DNA of 63,977 nt, filler included, from Sphacelaria rigidula (Eukaryota): the NCBI GenBank assembly GCA_964200075.2. It is 3 parts of 3 records of this genome, joined end to end, with 100 filler letters (N's around TTAATTAATTAA, not from the genome) between each part and the next. Parts side by side here need not be neighbours in the genome. Positions count along the whole stretch, not along the records: positions 21,906 to 43,707 come from CAXNAA020000384.1; 2 more parts are not named here. One strand, written 5' to 3'. Position numbers and translations under genes: made by a program. Below are positions 22,493-37,400 of the stretch, piece by piece. The first letter of the stretch is position 1; the number at the start of each line of letters is the position of its first letter. The notes under the pieces were generated by a model. It saw only the letters and a program-made list of their open reading frames with translations. It was not told where the DNA came from and ran no database searches.

Positions 22493-25400
22493 GAGTCGAA
22501 AAAGCCCCATGTCGAGCCCGTTCAAGAGCTCCAATGGTAGCGTGTCATCCTCCGCCAAAGGAACACCCAACTGGCGCGGCGGGAGGGGAACCGACTCCTC
22601 TGCCCTTGGCTTCAATCAACGCTTATGGGGATACCTCTTCCGAAACGTGAATCGGTGAGAGCCTCTACTTGTTCCCCCGCGACGTGGGCCTTGAATGGAA
22701 AAAACCCCGCCCGTTTCAAGGTCCGTCTTGTCCATTCAAGTATTTCGCCACGCTCTCGAACAAGGTTACTGGGTTACTGTGATACTGAAGTATTGGTGTC
22801 ACACGCTTGGCCTTGCGGCTGGCAGGTAGTAAATCGTGCGTTTCTGCTTTGCCAGGCCCTGCCACAAGTGCATCGCCCTTTGCGGTATACATATGCATAT
22901 ATATAGAGAGAGAGCAACACCACGGACGGTAGGACCCAGCGCTCATGTGGATACCCTGCCAGATATTAATGGACGAGTCTTGTGGCCTGTCCACGTTGAT
23001 GTTTTCCGCTCCGACTTATTTCTTCCAGCGCTGTGGATGAACTTTACTATCTGTGCGAGGCGGAGGGGAGTGTCACCCATTGTCACGAAGCAGCGGAGCT
23101 TTTAGAAGGGTGAGACAATATAACGCTGTGTTTTCATCATGACAACACCACGTTTAGCCCATCTGGCGGCCACGTGCGTCTTGCGCGTGCTGGGGGAGCC
23201 TTTGCTTCACTCTGTGAATAGAGATGCGTGGTAATTTATTGTCGAGCATCAGTTCTACTCCAGCAGTATGTGCTCCATTCTTTTCCTCCAACCGAGCATA
23301 CCCCGCTCGTTTATTGGGAGTGTACTGCTCATTTTGGACCCGTGTAAGATGCGCTGGACATGGCTGCACGTCTAACGTACGTCACGCCCACCAACGAGCA
23401 CACACATATACGACTTGCTGCTGGGCACGTTTTTTTGCCGGGGTGAAGCGGGGGCGGATGCAGGATTTCGTTAGGATTAGTAAAATTTCACCGTCGCAAC
23501 AAGTGGCACAGGGGACTTTCGGGTCAACCTAATCTCTCGTTCAACCCAGGACTTCCCTTCGCCCGTCGCTGTTCAATTGCACCTCGCAAACCGTGGTATC
23601 TCGCAACTAACCTCTCTTGCCGGGTGCAAGCTGTGGGAGGGATTTCAATAAGCTAGTGGACCGGATCATCGACCAGACGCGTTTCGAAGAGGAGCAACGA
23701 GCTGCGAGGGCGGCGGAGAACACGGGGCAGGAGAGGGAGGAAGAATCGCTTCTGGACGTGGGCAGGAAACCGAAGGGCCTGGTGTGGGAGGTAGGTATTG
23801 GCAGTGCTTCGGCAAAAACCGTGCGAAGTCAGAGTATACTCATGTGCTGGCCACTCTTGAATCGCTTAGCTCCTTATTTTTGGCTTGTGTCTCCCCGCAA
23901 GGCATGTTATATATATATATATAGTAGGGTGTTGATCTGGATCAGTGAGAACTATCGTTACACTGGAATTGGAGTCAAAAATGGAACTGGCGGAAGGGTA
24001 CCAGTTGTTCAGTTTTTGTAAGGATTGCCGTCACCGGCTATTTTTATACCAATGTTTGTATGGTGTATTCATCACGATGCTTACTACTTGTACTACTGTT
24101 GTAGAACGCCTGTTTTCATGCGCAGGGAATGTACTGACCAAGACTTGCAACTCGCTGAGCCCAGCAAATTAAACTGTTGATTTTCTTGGGTAGCACGCGG
24201 TAAGTTGGAGAGGAACATGGGATATCAATTCAGACGGAGGGCGCTTCGCAGGCGACGAGGGAAGTTGTTGGCGTCAACGACGCGTAAAGCAGCGGTGCAC
24301 AGCTTCATGCTTCGTCTTTCGTGTTTCGGCTGATTTGTATTACATACGTCTGGCGTTCTGTGGTAGTACCAACAGCACATAAAAAGTGGGTTTTCCCTGG
24401 GCCGGTCACCAGCTGACTACTTGACGTGCTTTCGCCGTGTTTTTGTCCCGTCTGCTTCGTTCGTATCTCGTGGTTCTGCAGCTTGCCGTCTTTCGACCGT
24501 AGCATAAAGGTCAACGGCTTGTCAGTCTCATGAGTAAAATGAAAGAAACATGAATTTTCGTGGCTTGAATACGGTGGGAACGCTTGATGCGGAACTGCCG
24601 ATGCTCAAGCTCCAGTCTCTAACTGCATGATGAAAATCATTCTGAGCATGATGCAGCACATGCTCACAATACCTCGAAATGATACAGTAGACGAAATCTT
24701 CCAAGGTTTGTCCTTCCATTGTAAGACGTCCGAAAATAAGAAAAACGGACGATAACCTGCGAACACACAATACAATATGCGCCATGGCTTGCTGTTTAGC
24801 TACACGCGTGTTTGTCGGTTCGGACGTCGAGACTTTGGCGCTCTTATCCCCACGTGATGCCAGCCTTGCGTTCCTTGTTCCCATCCCCCGCTTTTCATGG
24901 AGAGTCTCTGCTGCTGCATGCTTCAGATGAAGGGTTTTCGTATCGCTCACCGCTTTGGATGAGAATCAAATATCATCTAATTTTCTTCCCCCCTCAATGC
25001 GAGGTTTTTGTAACTATTGACGATTTTCGAAGAAAGACCAGCCAAATACCGCATTTTTTTTCTTGTCTCCGGCGGCGCTCCCGCGAGACCCCATCAACCA
25101 GCCCGGGGGGGGGGGGCGTTGGGGTCCGCGGCTTCGCCGCTCGTCGCCGATGTTTTTCCACTTGATCGGCGTCGATTAAGTGGTGAAGCATCGGCGCACT
25201 AGCCTTTGGCGCGGCCAGATTAAACCTACCTGAGCGAAGCTTCCAGTTCACAGCACTAATATATATATGAATAAGTAAATGAGCCACAGACGAGCGTGTG
25301 TTCACTTTTCAGCTGTTATAGTGCAAGCCGACCGTATGGACGAACATCAAATGGCGCAATATTGTGCATCCCAACAGGTAGATTCACCGCAGACGAAGAC

Positions 25401-28400
25401 GGAAAACGCACGCCGTTTCATGACAACAAGTCACGCCGCCTTGTTTTTGCATTCCTTCACCGCTTCAGGTCCGCAAAACCACCTCGGCCGCCGGGGCCAG
25501 CGCCATCGTCCTCAGTGCCATCGAGCGCATGGAAAGCCAAGGCCAGGGCCAAAGCCAACCGCCAACAGCAGTACCACAGCAATCGGCACCTTCGCAAATT
25601 TCTCCGAGAAATAAACAGGCTACGGTAGGTTCCCCATCTGCCGATTCATCGGCCGCGGCTTTTCCGGGCGTTCCCGATCCACCCGGAGTGTCAAGTGGTA
25701 ACGGCGGGAGCGCCGCTGCCGTGGACCACCGTGAGCACGCCCGATGTAGGCCCGCTGCATCTGTTGCCTCGGTGAGCACTGCACCAGACAGTAGACAAGA
25801 AGGAGGAGATACTACTGAAGTGTCTCCTGCAACAGTTGGCCGCTCTTTCCGTGACGCGGGTGAAAAGAGAGCTCCAAGAGGCACGAAAGAATGCTCTGCT
25901 GTCGGCGCGGAGACAGTGGGGACGGCGCTAAGAACGACGCAGGGCACGGTGCTCGTCGCCGGGATGACCAGGAGTAAGGGTAACTTGGCGTCAAGGCTCG
26001 GCGAAGCCAGCGGCGGAAACGATGCCATGCCTCCCGGGGTAGTTGAAAGAGCGTGTGGTGAGGAAGCGGATGAGGGGTCCATAGGCACTGCTGATGCTAG
26101 TGCTGGCGCTGAGACCGGCGGACACACAGAACCAGTGGCCGAGTCGAATGTGCAGGGCGTTGATGCTTCGGGGGCCTCCTCTGTGACGGAATCGGCAACA
26201 CGGCGGAGCGACGGCGGCCTCGCCCAGGACGAGGATGTGGTGCTGGTGGCTCCTGTCTGCATATCGGAGAAAAGGGCCATCACGGTATCCATTGTTGTCG
26301 ACGGCGCTGGGACCAACAAACGCCAAACTCCTTGCACGAGTATAACGTCAACGAGGAGCAGTAATTGTGTGAGTGAGGCGAGATGTTTGGCGACCGGTGC
26401 ACGCCCGGCACGGGACCCAACTGCAACTGTGAACGACGAACGATCGAGGGTAGGCGATACTTGCGGAGTTCAAGACGCAGAAACCAGTCGTCCAACTTCC
26501 CCCCCCGCCGGAGGTGTTGGGGTTGCAGATCCAAATCGGCGGCGCGGCGGATCGGGAAACACCTCTCGGCTGAATCCCCGGGCTGCACCGTTTACGTACA
26601 ACCCACCGGACGTACTGAAGGATCAGGGAGCCGCTGCTTACACGGGCTGCTCCGCCGCACCGAGCACCGGTAACAGCAGGGGCGGTGGGGGCGGCCGCAG
26701 CGGCGGGGGTACACGATTCAGGAATCCGACAGACGTCGGAGCACCGGCAAATGATGTTCAACATGCTCCAACGGCCGCAAAGTCGAGGAGTAAAAGAAAC
26801 ACGAAACAAAATACCGCAGCGGTGGCCACCGTGGTTCATCAGACCCGCTCCCGTGAACGGGCCGCACCCGCATCAGCAGCGGCATCTGCAGCAGCGGTAC
26901 CTGCGGAAACGCCCCCAAAGGCCAGTAACGCCGCCCGAGTTGCCTCAGCTAAGCGACCGGAGCGAGAGCTGGAGGGAGAATCAGATACACACTCTTGCAC
27001 CTCAACGATGGTGTATGATACGTCGAGTACTGTACCGAAAACGGTAGATTCAACAGAGGCGCTCGTTGCCGAGCGACAAGGTGTCCCGCGGACTTCGGTC
27101 GTGAGGATGTCGGAGGTTACGAAGTCGGACGTGTCGTCTACAGGTGGCGTTGGTAAGCGAACGGAGGAAGTTCGTGAGGCCGGAGCTGCTGCGCAAGCCG
27201 CCATCCACTTGCCGGTAAGAAGGGTTTCGCAATGCACGCGCGTGTTTGGCAACGAGTTCGGTAGGCGATGAGAGGGCGCAAGTCACGTTTTTCGCACCAT
27301 AGATGAGCAATGCCACGGTAGGGGGGCACTTTTTGTTTCTCAACTCTTTGCTGTAGGAGCCTCTTGAGGACAAACACCTGAGCCTTTTGAACTGGAAAGG
27401 GCACCCCTACTGTGGCATTACTGACAGGTTGAACCATAGACCGTGCGTAGTCGGATGGCAGATTGTCCTCGAAAAAATGATTGCATGTGGCCAATTGCTC
27501 CTCCTAACCTTCCCAAGCGGAGCTGAGCGATCTAGCTTCCTATTACTTCTCTTCCCATTCGTTGTCAAAGGCAACCCTTACCATTACGAACCACACCATT
27601 TCGGAATATTGCCTACGCGTTTATTTTGTAGTCCCAAGATTCGAGTCGCGTCTTCATCATACCCTGAAGGTGCTCCCCATCGCTGTCATTATCTAGTGAG
27701 CACTGTTTTGGTGACGTGCCTTCATGGCCGCGGCACAGCTGTGGTCCATCATCCTCGTCTGCTCTGAGCCATCGTCTACGTTTCTCAAGATTAAAACCGG
27801 CCGTGCTCAATTCCACCTTTTCAATACATTCCTTGATCCATCAAACCGTGTAGCTACCCTTGTTGGAGGTTGTTGGTGTGTTTGGACATACCCACCACCC
27901 GAGTATGTTTTCTGTAGGTTATGGGGGGTTACTCCCATCAAAAGCGTCATTTGCAACAGAGATCCATATGATACACACCGCGGTATGCGCGAATGATGCA
28001 ATTGCATATGTTCCAAACGAGTTATTCCTTTTGGACCCCTTTACCACACGTGGATAGTTCACCATCTTTCAACGGCTATCTCACTGCAACCTTACCTCCC
28101 GTCTCCCCCCGCCCTACCGGTTGTGACGTGAACGTCCCCTATCTTCTATATCACAGCCGGATAGCAAATGGTCGCAACGACCGAAACTCACCCCGGACGA
28201 CCCCAAAGTCTCGCCAACATCGGCCGCTGGTAGTTCCAAACCCGCTGTCGCGGCTGCACCCGTCACTGCATCTCAACTCCCCGTGGTAGCGAAGACATCG
28301 AAAACCGCCGCACGTGCCAGTGCTACGTCGGGAATACTGCGCATCGGTGGTAGCAATGAAACCGTTGCCGATGCTGCTTCGGTGAGCAAGCAACGTGGTG

Positions 28401-31400
28401 GCGGCGGGCGCGGCGGCGGTGACGGCGGTAGTGTTGGCGTTGGAGATGGTGCTGCTGATGCCACCACGTGCGGGAAGCACCGTATTGCCGGTGGTGATGT
28501 TGCGACAGCGTCGGCATCTACAGAGCAAGCAGGAGCAGCGACAGGAGCGGCGGTAGTAGTGATACCGAGGGTAACAAGGAGGCCGAATTCCGCGCCGGCT
28601 GATGTCCCAGCGACGTTTCGAAGAGGTACTGTGGACAGCAAAGATAGTGGCGCTGGCGGTGGAGAGGATGGAGACAAAGACATGAGCGACGGTTGCTGCT
28701 GCGACGATGCCGACGCAGATTCTGCGTACGTCAACGCTATGGAAAAGATATGGGCGGAGGCCGAGGCTTGGGTTGATGCGGAAGCGCAGGCAAGTACTCT
28801 GCGGTGCGGTAGCGACGGTGTGTGAGTGGAATCTCCGATGAGGAAGGGAGGACAGGGTAGGCTGGTGGTGTGTGTACGGTGGAAGTGTACTGTAGGGTAG
28901 GATGAGATGTTTTGTCTTGTGTTACGGCGTGCAGTGTAGTGTAGAATGGTGAGCTGTACTAATGAGCTGTGTTGTGCGGAAGAGCTACCATCGATGGCCA
29001 TAGATATCTGATTTTTCCCCGCGGCGTTTAGGGGAGGAAAACCTCGGCATCTTCATCAACCCGAAGGTTTGATCCCTGTGTCCAAACCGCCTGAGATGAT
29101 GTCCCATTGTTACCTACAAAACTGACACGGTTATGAGAGACGAGACTGACCGCGGTAGCACTTCAGAACGCCATATGTTTCCGCCCTCTGACCCGCTCTT
29201 ACGTCCCCCCCCGCCACCGCCTCCGTCAGGCTGAAGAAGAAGCGTGGGCCAGATTGCCCGCTGTCGTCCCCTCCAACCCCGAATCCGAGGGAGGTCCATC
29301 CGATGCAGACGACGTCTACCGACCACGAGATTCCACCGCAACATCCCAGCCTTTGACCCTGTCTACACCGTCTGATAGGCAACGAACTGGGTCGCCAGAA
29401 CGATCCGGACTTCATACGGATCTGGAGATCGAGATTCCGGCCTGTGACGACGATGATGGTGACGGTCTCCATAGTGAAGCGCTGGCGGCGCGCGTGGCGG
29501 CGCGTCGAGGTTTGGGGACTGGGTCGGCAGAGTGTCGAGAGGAAGGTGATTTTCTGCCCGATCCCGTTCTTGATGGTGATGGTTGTGCTGTCAGTGTTAT
29601 TGTTGTCGTTGTCGTTATGATTCTACTTTATTGTGCAGCGACGGAACGTTTGATATGATTTTCTTGCGAAGCGGCGGGTTGCAGGAGCACTGCGGGTAGG
29701 CAAAAACAGCGGACTTGATAGGCATGTCCGCGGCATACAATGGCACGTCTCGTTTGGTTACGGTGCGTTTGCTGTGTGTGCTGCCATGACCTTCGCTTGT
29801 GCTCGCTTATTGATCATCTCTGCATCGGAGGCTCGTTTCTTGACATGTTTTCATCAACGCAGTGCATGCTCTAAAAACACTCACCTTTCGCCGCGTATGC
29901 CATGTCTCCACCGCGATGTAGGCGTGTTCTTGGAGGAGTGGTATCACAGGCATGACAGCCACGGTGACCGGGCCGGCACTCACGCCGATGGCTACGAAGA
30001 CGACGATGATGAGGTACGTACAAGCTCGACATTCATTATCGACAATCGCTATTTCCCCAGATTTTTTTTATAAAATATCACCGCCTCAACACCATAAAAT
30101 AAAATACGCTTCGCCTTCTCCCCGTGCATGTCACCCCTCCCCTGCCCTTTGACGACTAAGGCAAGCAACAGATGAGTACGCCCCCCCCCCCCCCCCCCCC
30201 CTGCCCCTTTAGTATTATTTTATCCCCCAAAAAGGCAAGCCTCGCAAAATGGGCTTCATGACCGAACGTGGTCGCTGACAACAAAATCTGCCCCCTCCCG
30301 ACCCTTCCCCCTCCCTGTTCAGGAGGACGAAGACGACGAGGAGGCCAAAGACCGACTTGCACCGAGTAATGCCTCTTCCTTGCGCACCTCGGGGAGCAGG
30401 TACGGTAGCGGCGGGAAAAGCTGGCGTTCTCCCATGTCATCGTCGACGACATCCCTGAGTCGCACCAGGAAAGGGCGGTCATGTGACGCTGGTGGTGGAA
30501 GCGGCAGCGGTGGAATGTATATAAAAACGCCAGCCTCTGAGGGCAGCAGCGGTGCTTCTTATTTCGGGAACGAGCGCGGCTCGTGTGAAACCTTCGACGA
30601 CAGTGAGTATGCCATAGCAACTTTGCGTCTTGTGTGGTGGACGGTGGTGGCGGTTCTGTTTGGTCCTAATGGTCTCTGTGCTTTGTAATTAGGTCCCGTT
30701 TTTGGTTCATACGTCGTCGGCTCGTGGTTTGGTTTGTGGGTCATTGGCCTATCCGTTCGTGGTGATAATCTCCCGCCCGGGGGCTGCTTGAATCCAGATT
30801 TCCGAGGGGGCGCACGTACGTGGCGTGGGATGCATAATGCCCCCCAAAGCTGCCGGTGGCAGGACGGTGTTACCTCGCATGTTGGACTTGCTTTTTCCCG
30901 CTATATTACAGTTGTACTGAGTTGTTTTGCACGAATTAAAGACAAGAGGCCGCACTGGGATGAAGTCGTGATTGCCAGTATTGCCATATGTGGTGGCGTT
31001 GCTGTACGTCGCTCAAACGGCGGGTTCCTTTGCTGTACCAGGTTGGTTGTTCTGTAGATCTTTGAGGAGGAAATATTCGACTTTCCACGCACTTGAACTG
31101 TAAAATGACTATGAACAATTCGCAGTTCCCCCGGAAAAAGACGACAGTTCGCCGGGGACGAGGAATGTAGCCGCTGGGATATAGATGACGCCAGCCTTGC
31201 TTTTCTGAATATGAACGTTGCGGATGCCGTTGGCTTCCTTTGAGATACGTTCCATTCCATCGTTCATTTTATTTTTGCTCTTCTGTTTCGCTCGTGTGTG
31301 TTTGTCATCGGTCTTCACCGCCCGCCCTGCGCTCTTGTGCCCTCCTGGGTTTGTGTTACACGTTGCGTTTCTGCTTTCGTGAATTCGACTGTACCAGGCT

Positions 31401-34400
31401 GGGTGCCGTTTGCTCACCGTGAGTTGCAGAAGAAACTGTCCTCCCCGCAACGCAAGCCGCAGAGGAAACTACTCTCCGCGGCCGAGGCAAAACGTCGTCA
31501 AGAAAGGTAAGTGCATTCGGTCATTGGTCTCAGCTGAAATAATGACAAACGCAACCCGTATTGTATGTATTCATCTACCCGTGAGAGATGGACGCAAGTG
31601 GACCAGTAGTTGTGTACTGGTCTGCGGCAGTGAGCAGTTTCTATTCCCAGCAGTTTTGTATACGCACCGCCCCCCCGCCGCCGCCGCTTCTCGTGGTTTT
31701 TTGCATATTATGGCAACATGTTACAGTATATTATGGCAACATAGTATCGCGGCATGCCGTTATACCCTATCATTTTAACACACGATTTTTCCGTGGTGTT
31801 GGCCAGACGGCCGCTTTTTGGTGTTTGAACTCGAATTGACATCACGATACACCGTGCAAATACATGTGTGTTTGTGTGTTCCTTGATGGTAAGCTGACTT
31901 CGCGTATTACTGTGACAACTCGGCAAGTAGGTGCTGTACTTCGTTTTCTCGCGTTGATTTTCAGCGCCGTGGAGAACGTAAACCTTGTAGTTTTTTTTCA
32001 CTTGTTGTGAGTTGCTCATATGTGTACATGTTTGTATAGGTAGCGACATATAATGATGAAGGTGAAGACCTAAGACTTCTGGCAATTCTTTTCCGTCTCC
32101 GAGTTGACACAGCCGGGACACGCACCACTCCTGCAATTCCGGGTTTTCATGGACTCGTTTTTTCGAGAAGACTTGTCGAAGCAGTTTGGACAAGCAGTGT
32201 AGAGTAATGCCGCGATAAATTCAAGGGGGATATCATTTCGGCTTTCGTAGCCAGCCGCCACGCATCGACGCTTGAACCGAAAACGCTCGCAAAATTTGGC
32301 GGCTGTGGCGACATCCTGAAATTCCATTATGGGGCATGACTTGCGACCAACTCCTTTTCCTTTCGGGATTTAAGGTTTGACTTTGCTACACGGCTGGCCG
32401 TGCACTCCATGTGCACCGTCGTTTGCCGAAAGCGTTGCGAAAATACAAGTACCTTCGCGCGTTTCCTGATGAAACAACGCCAACACTTGTCGAGGCGTCC
32501 CGAAAAATGCGTCAAACATGCTGCGGAAAGTGTATAGTACGAACAATCAGACATGACTCCGCCATACGTGAACCCCCATTATATGTTTTTTTTTAATCAA
32601 CTCTCATTTTCGGGTATGACTGGTGTGCTCCATCGTCTGTTATTGAAGATTAGATATCGGGCGATGAATCCACAGGATGTGCCGATATGCTCCTCCTCCT
32701 CCTCCTCGGCCGCCGCCACTTCTTCCTCCTCCCGCATCTCCTCCGTAGTGGTGGTACTATTGCGAGGCCTCGGGTCTATTCGTGCACTTCCACATCATCC
32801 CGCAAATACATTGCACAGAGTCCCCAGCAGCTGTGTCTTTTTTTCATTTCCTCTTCACTTGGGTTGTTTTTTGCGATTTTTCATCAGGCGGCAGATGGTG
32901 GCAGAGCTCAACCGCGCACAGCGGGCGAGCGGCATGGCGGAGAAGCTGAAGCAGCACGAAGAGAGAGCCAGGCAAGGAGCGACCACGGCGATAATACAGT
33001 GACCGCAGTGACCCTGTTTAAGACAAAGCGTACTGTATTTGGAACCCTAAAGACTGTTGAGGGTTCCGACGAATGAAGTGTCAACTGCAGGCATGAACAG
33101 ATGAGATACTCGCCATACTGCAGGGGCCTGAAGTTCCTCGAGCGGTTGAACCACCACGTACTTTGCGCCGTTGCTCATCGCTAAGGTTGTTTGTACGACA
33201 GAGGTTGGTCCAGACATCTCTGATGCTGGATGCTGGATGCTGTACCGCCGGATGCTAAACGTTACGATTCAGTGATCCTATTGCCGTAGGTTTTGTTAGT
33301 TTTCCGACCGTCTTCGCGATTGTCTGTTCTGTTTTTTTCTTGTTTTCGCTAGGGCAAGTGCGTCGTATTTTGTCTCATCTTGCCGTTTTGCGTTTGCGCT
33401 CTGTGTACTTGGTTGATATATCATCGCAAATGCAACCACCCGTAAATTATGTGCTGTACCCCGCAGTCCAGTGGCACTTTTTTCTCGTGACTTGGAAAGG
33501 ACTTTTGAAGGTACTGTATGTCTCTCCTCCGCTGATGTCGATGTGTAGGTGAGGAAGGTGCGATTTCAGAAACGGGAATAGCCCCTGAAGGCCTACGGTC
33601 GATGGTATGCTTGGAGTGATCCAGTACAGTCCGTTGCAGTGATTTTGCACGAGTCAAGGAGACCGTCTTGCGACTCCAGTCAACCACGGTGCAGTCTCAG
33701 CCCTTACTGGTAGTCCTCCGTACGTGCCTACATTTGTCGCTTCATGAAATGCAGGGGCGTGCGATTCCGGAAAGAAGAACAGATTCTGAAGGCAGAGGAA
33801 GAAGCGAGGAGGAAAATGGAGGGCGCCGACTTGAGACGACAGGAGCATCGCAGAGGGATCGTGCGAAAGGCTAGCGATGCCAATTCCAAGGTGCTACAAT
33901 GAGTACCATCGATTACACCCGCCTGAATTCATGTCAACTGTGTCCGTACTGTTACCCAGCTGGTGGGTGCAACTATGACATCGGTCAAATGTTCACGCCC
34001 ACGTGGATTGCGGCGGCTGCAGATACTGAATGTCGCTTTGGATCAGTCTATGTCTGAACGTCTACACTCATCACATTTGGGATGGGTGTGGGCATGTCAT
34101 ACTGGAAGGAGCCGGAACGTAATCGACAACAATATCCCTTCAGCTGATCACCTCTTCCATGGTGGTAGGTACACGTTAGGTAGGACTAGCTCCAGTGCAG
34201 AAAACGCTCGATTCAACGCCGTACTTGTTTCATGATTGCGCCGCGTTTGGAAATAATAAGGATGAGTTTGGAGGTGCACTATGCTATGCATGCGGTAACA
34301 GTGAAGGCGTGGCATAAGGCGACTCCTCTTTTTCCCCCGCATATGACCATCTGGTGCTTTTCCGTGACGTGCGCCATATTCGCTAGCAGCCACCCACGGA

Positions 34401-37400
34401 CGAGAGTTTTCAGCGCTGAGACCCTGAGGCTTCTAGGAGGTTCATCAGCAGCTTAGCCAGACACTCGTGCATATTGTTCGGCTTCTTGTATTGGTCCACT
34501 CTCGTTCTCGACTGCGATCAACCCTGTGACCGCGAACTACAAAAGTCATCCTCCATTCGAGTCCGCGTATGCCGAAACATCACTTCGCGCATTGATTCTT
34601 GTATACTGTTGTTCCTGCAGTGCAGATCCCAGACTCTGCGTAACCAAAAGGTTAATTTAGGCCACCCGCTAATATCTGTAGGCAAATACTCGGCGAGAAA
34701 TCTGCGAGTTGTTCTCATCGTGTCTCCCTGTAGTAGAAGCGACAAAGCGAAATCTTGGGTTCTACTTCTACGTTGCGCTATTCTTACTGTTTTGTTCTGC
34801 TCCTTTTTGTCCGTCAGGTAGATGAAGTGCTGTTCATGAATAAGCTCACGGTGGAAGATCTTAAGATCACCCTACAAATGCAGCTCGAGGAGGTGGACAG
34901 GAGAATACAGTCGGGGAGGTGGGTACTGTCGCGTAGTTTCTGGCGGGGTCCGACAAACGTTTTTTTTCGGCCACCTCTGACGCACTGAAAATGCTTTGCG
35001 AACAGCACACATGAACGCTTGGCAATTAGCCTGTTTGTGACGTGTTCGGCTATTCACGGCGCCCCAGGAGGTTCTTGCACTGGTCGACAAAACGTATCTT
35101 GGCATGTTCGCTCCCCCCGCGATTCCCACGAAATACGGAAAAGCTTGAATGCCAGCACCAATTTCAGGCGTTTATGCTATCAAGGTGTACACATCGAATT
35201 TTGGTATATCCGCTGCAACCGGAAATGAACGCCAATGCTACTCCACACGCGCCAGTGGGCTGCCTCGATTATTTTGTCAGGACAATCGTCATCATTCTAC
35301 AGTCGACGAAAACGGTGGATATCACCCCCCCCAATGATGCAGATAACCCCCTAGAGGACGGCTGTGTATCTTTCGTATACCTGACCCGTCATCCCCCGCT
35401 CAAATTCAACGCCACCAATGTTCAAGGTGTACGTATCTCTGCCATGATTTGAATTCTTGACCCTCGATGACTCTCGAATGGAGTTGAAATCAGGGGGGAA
35501 AACGCCCTGGGTAGTCCCCCTCGACAAATGATTTCACTTTCTATCTGCTGCATTATGGTGTGTTGCGTCGGAGCGCTACGGGTAGCTACACCTCTTGTTT
35601 TGGAATGCGCCCCCAAAGACGACAAGTCCGCCGCAACATGCGTACGTTTTATTTTCCTGGTCAGCGGAAAGAAGGAATACAGCACGTGGCCGTTCGGGTG
35701 GACCGAGTCCCTCGAAAAATCGCGCACCCTGTAAAGCTTCGACTGGTAACATCCGGATGAAGAAATGTGAAACTCGTTGCGTGGATACAACTGCGCTGTC
35801 CGCAACTTCTGCAAATAGTTTTGTGCAAACAAGTGCTGGGTTAGATACCCGTGCACCTGGTTGCCTGCCAATAACCAAGGTTGTGTTGTGTAGGGTGGGG
35901 CTATGTTCGGTAGGATATGGTATTTCTTGGAGAGCTTGCAGAACTGTCGGTTACGGGTAGAGAAGTCTTAAAAAACTTGCAGAACCTGTCAGGTACGGGT
36001 ATGGAATTTCTACACAACTTACAGAACCTGTCGGGTACGGTGTGGGGGTTGTACAGAAATCCTCATCCGCAACCAGCTATTTCTACATGGTATACCCCGT
36101 GCCCCGGGTAAGGGTAATCATTTCGTGCAGATCGCTGTCGGGTATCGGTATGAGAGGCCTATAGAACTGATGCTACTGCCGGGTACGGGCATGTGAAGCT
36201 TATAGAACTCATACAACCTATTCGCTACGGTTGATACCAGGGCAAATACCCCGGGTATGCACTGGTGCCCAGAATAAATGGAACGACAACACACAACACA
36301 CACATACAAAAATCGCATCATACAGAGCACAAGCTTCAAATATTCCGAAACCATGCTTCGATACATTATGGGTTTCGCCTATAGTTGGGTTTGGGTTTGG
36401 TTTTGGGTCCTCCTTCTCCCCTCGGATGCCCGTGAGGACGGCTCGCGTGCAAAATATTCCAAGGCTGTGTTGTGTAGGGTATGGGTATTTTCGGTCGGGT
36501 ATGAGGTTTCTCACAGAGCTTACAGAACTGTCGGGCACCGGTATGGAAGTCTTTGCAGAGCTTACACGGTTATACGGAGACCTTTACCCGCAACCGAGTT
36601 TTTCTACAAGGGTATACCCGTGCCCCGGGGAAGGGTAAAAAATTCGTTCAGATCCCACAAAACTGTCGGGTACTGAAACCAGAGACTTATAAAATTCAAA
36701 GAACTGTCGGGTGAGAGTAATACCCGAATGAATACCCCGGGTATACAAGGGATCGTACTCTACATAACACCACTTCGCAAAAAACCATTTGATCCAAAAC
36801 CTCTGCGACTAGTTGCTAGTGAACAACTACTCGATCAAATCTGCTCATCTAGGACCGTGCAACCATGTTCTCGGTCAGGAACCCGTGCAACCTGTTGCGT
36901 GTAAACGTCGACTTGGTCAGAACCCTGCGCAGCTGGTTGCGTACAAACAGCTTCCCGTTCAGAAATTCATGTATCTAGTTTCGTGTGAACAACTGGATCA
37001 GAAACCTATGCAACGAGTCATGGAACAAGCCACTGCCTCCAGTTGAAACTTGCGCTTCTGTAGCCCCTCTACGCGCCCGCTGTACTATCTTGACCAATGC
37101 TGGATAACAGACATATCGAGTGGAGTTGGTATATACTCTGAAAAGCATTCTCCTTCGCCCGTTGGTAACGTAATATTGATGCTGCGATATGATCCAGGGA
37201 GCGGCGACAACAGCTTCTTGCAGGGATCTCAGATCGACAGCGCCGGCGGACGAAGGACAAGGCGGCACAGATGAGCGAACGGAGGCTCCAGGCTGAGTCG
37301 GTATGTAGCAAGTACCCGAAAATATTATGTTGTCTTCCAGTGGGCATTTTACACTTCCGTGTGAGGCACGTCAGATCTGGTACTGCTTGCCAAGAGCCCA

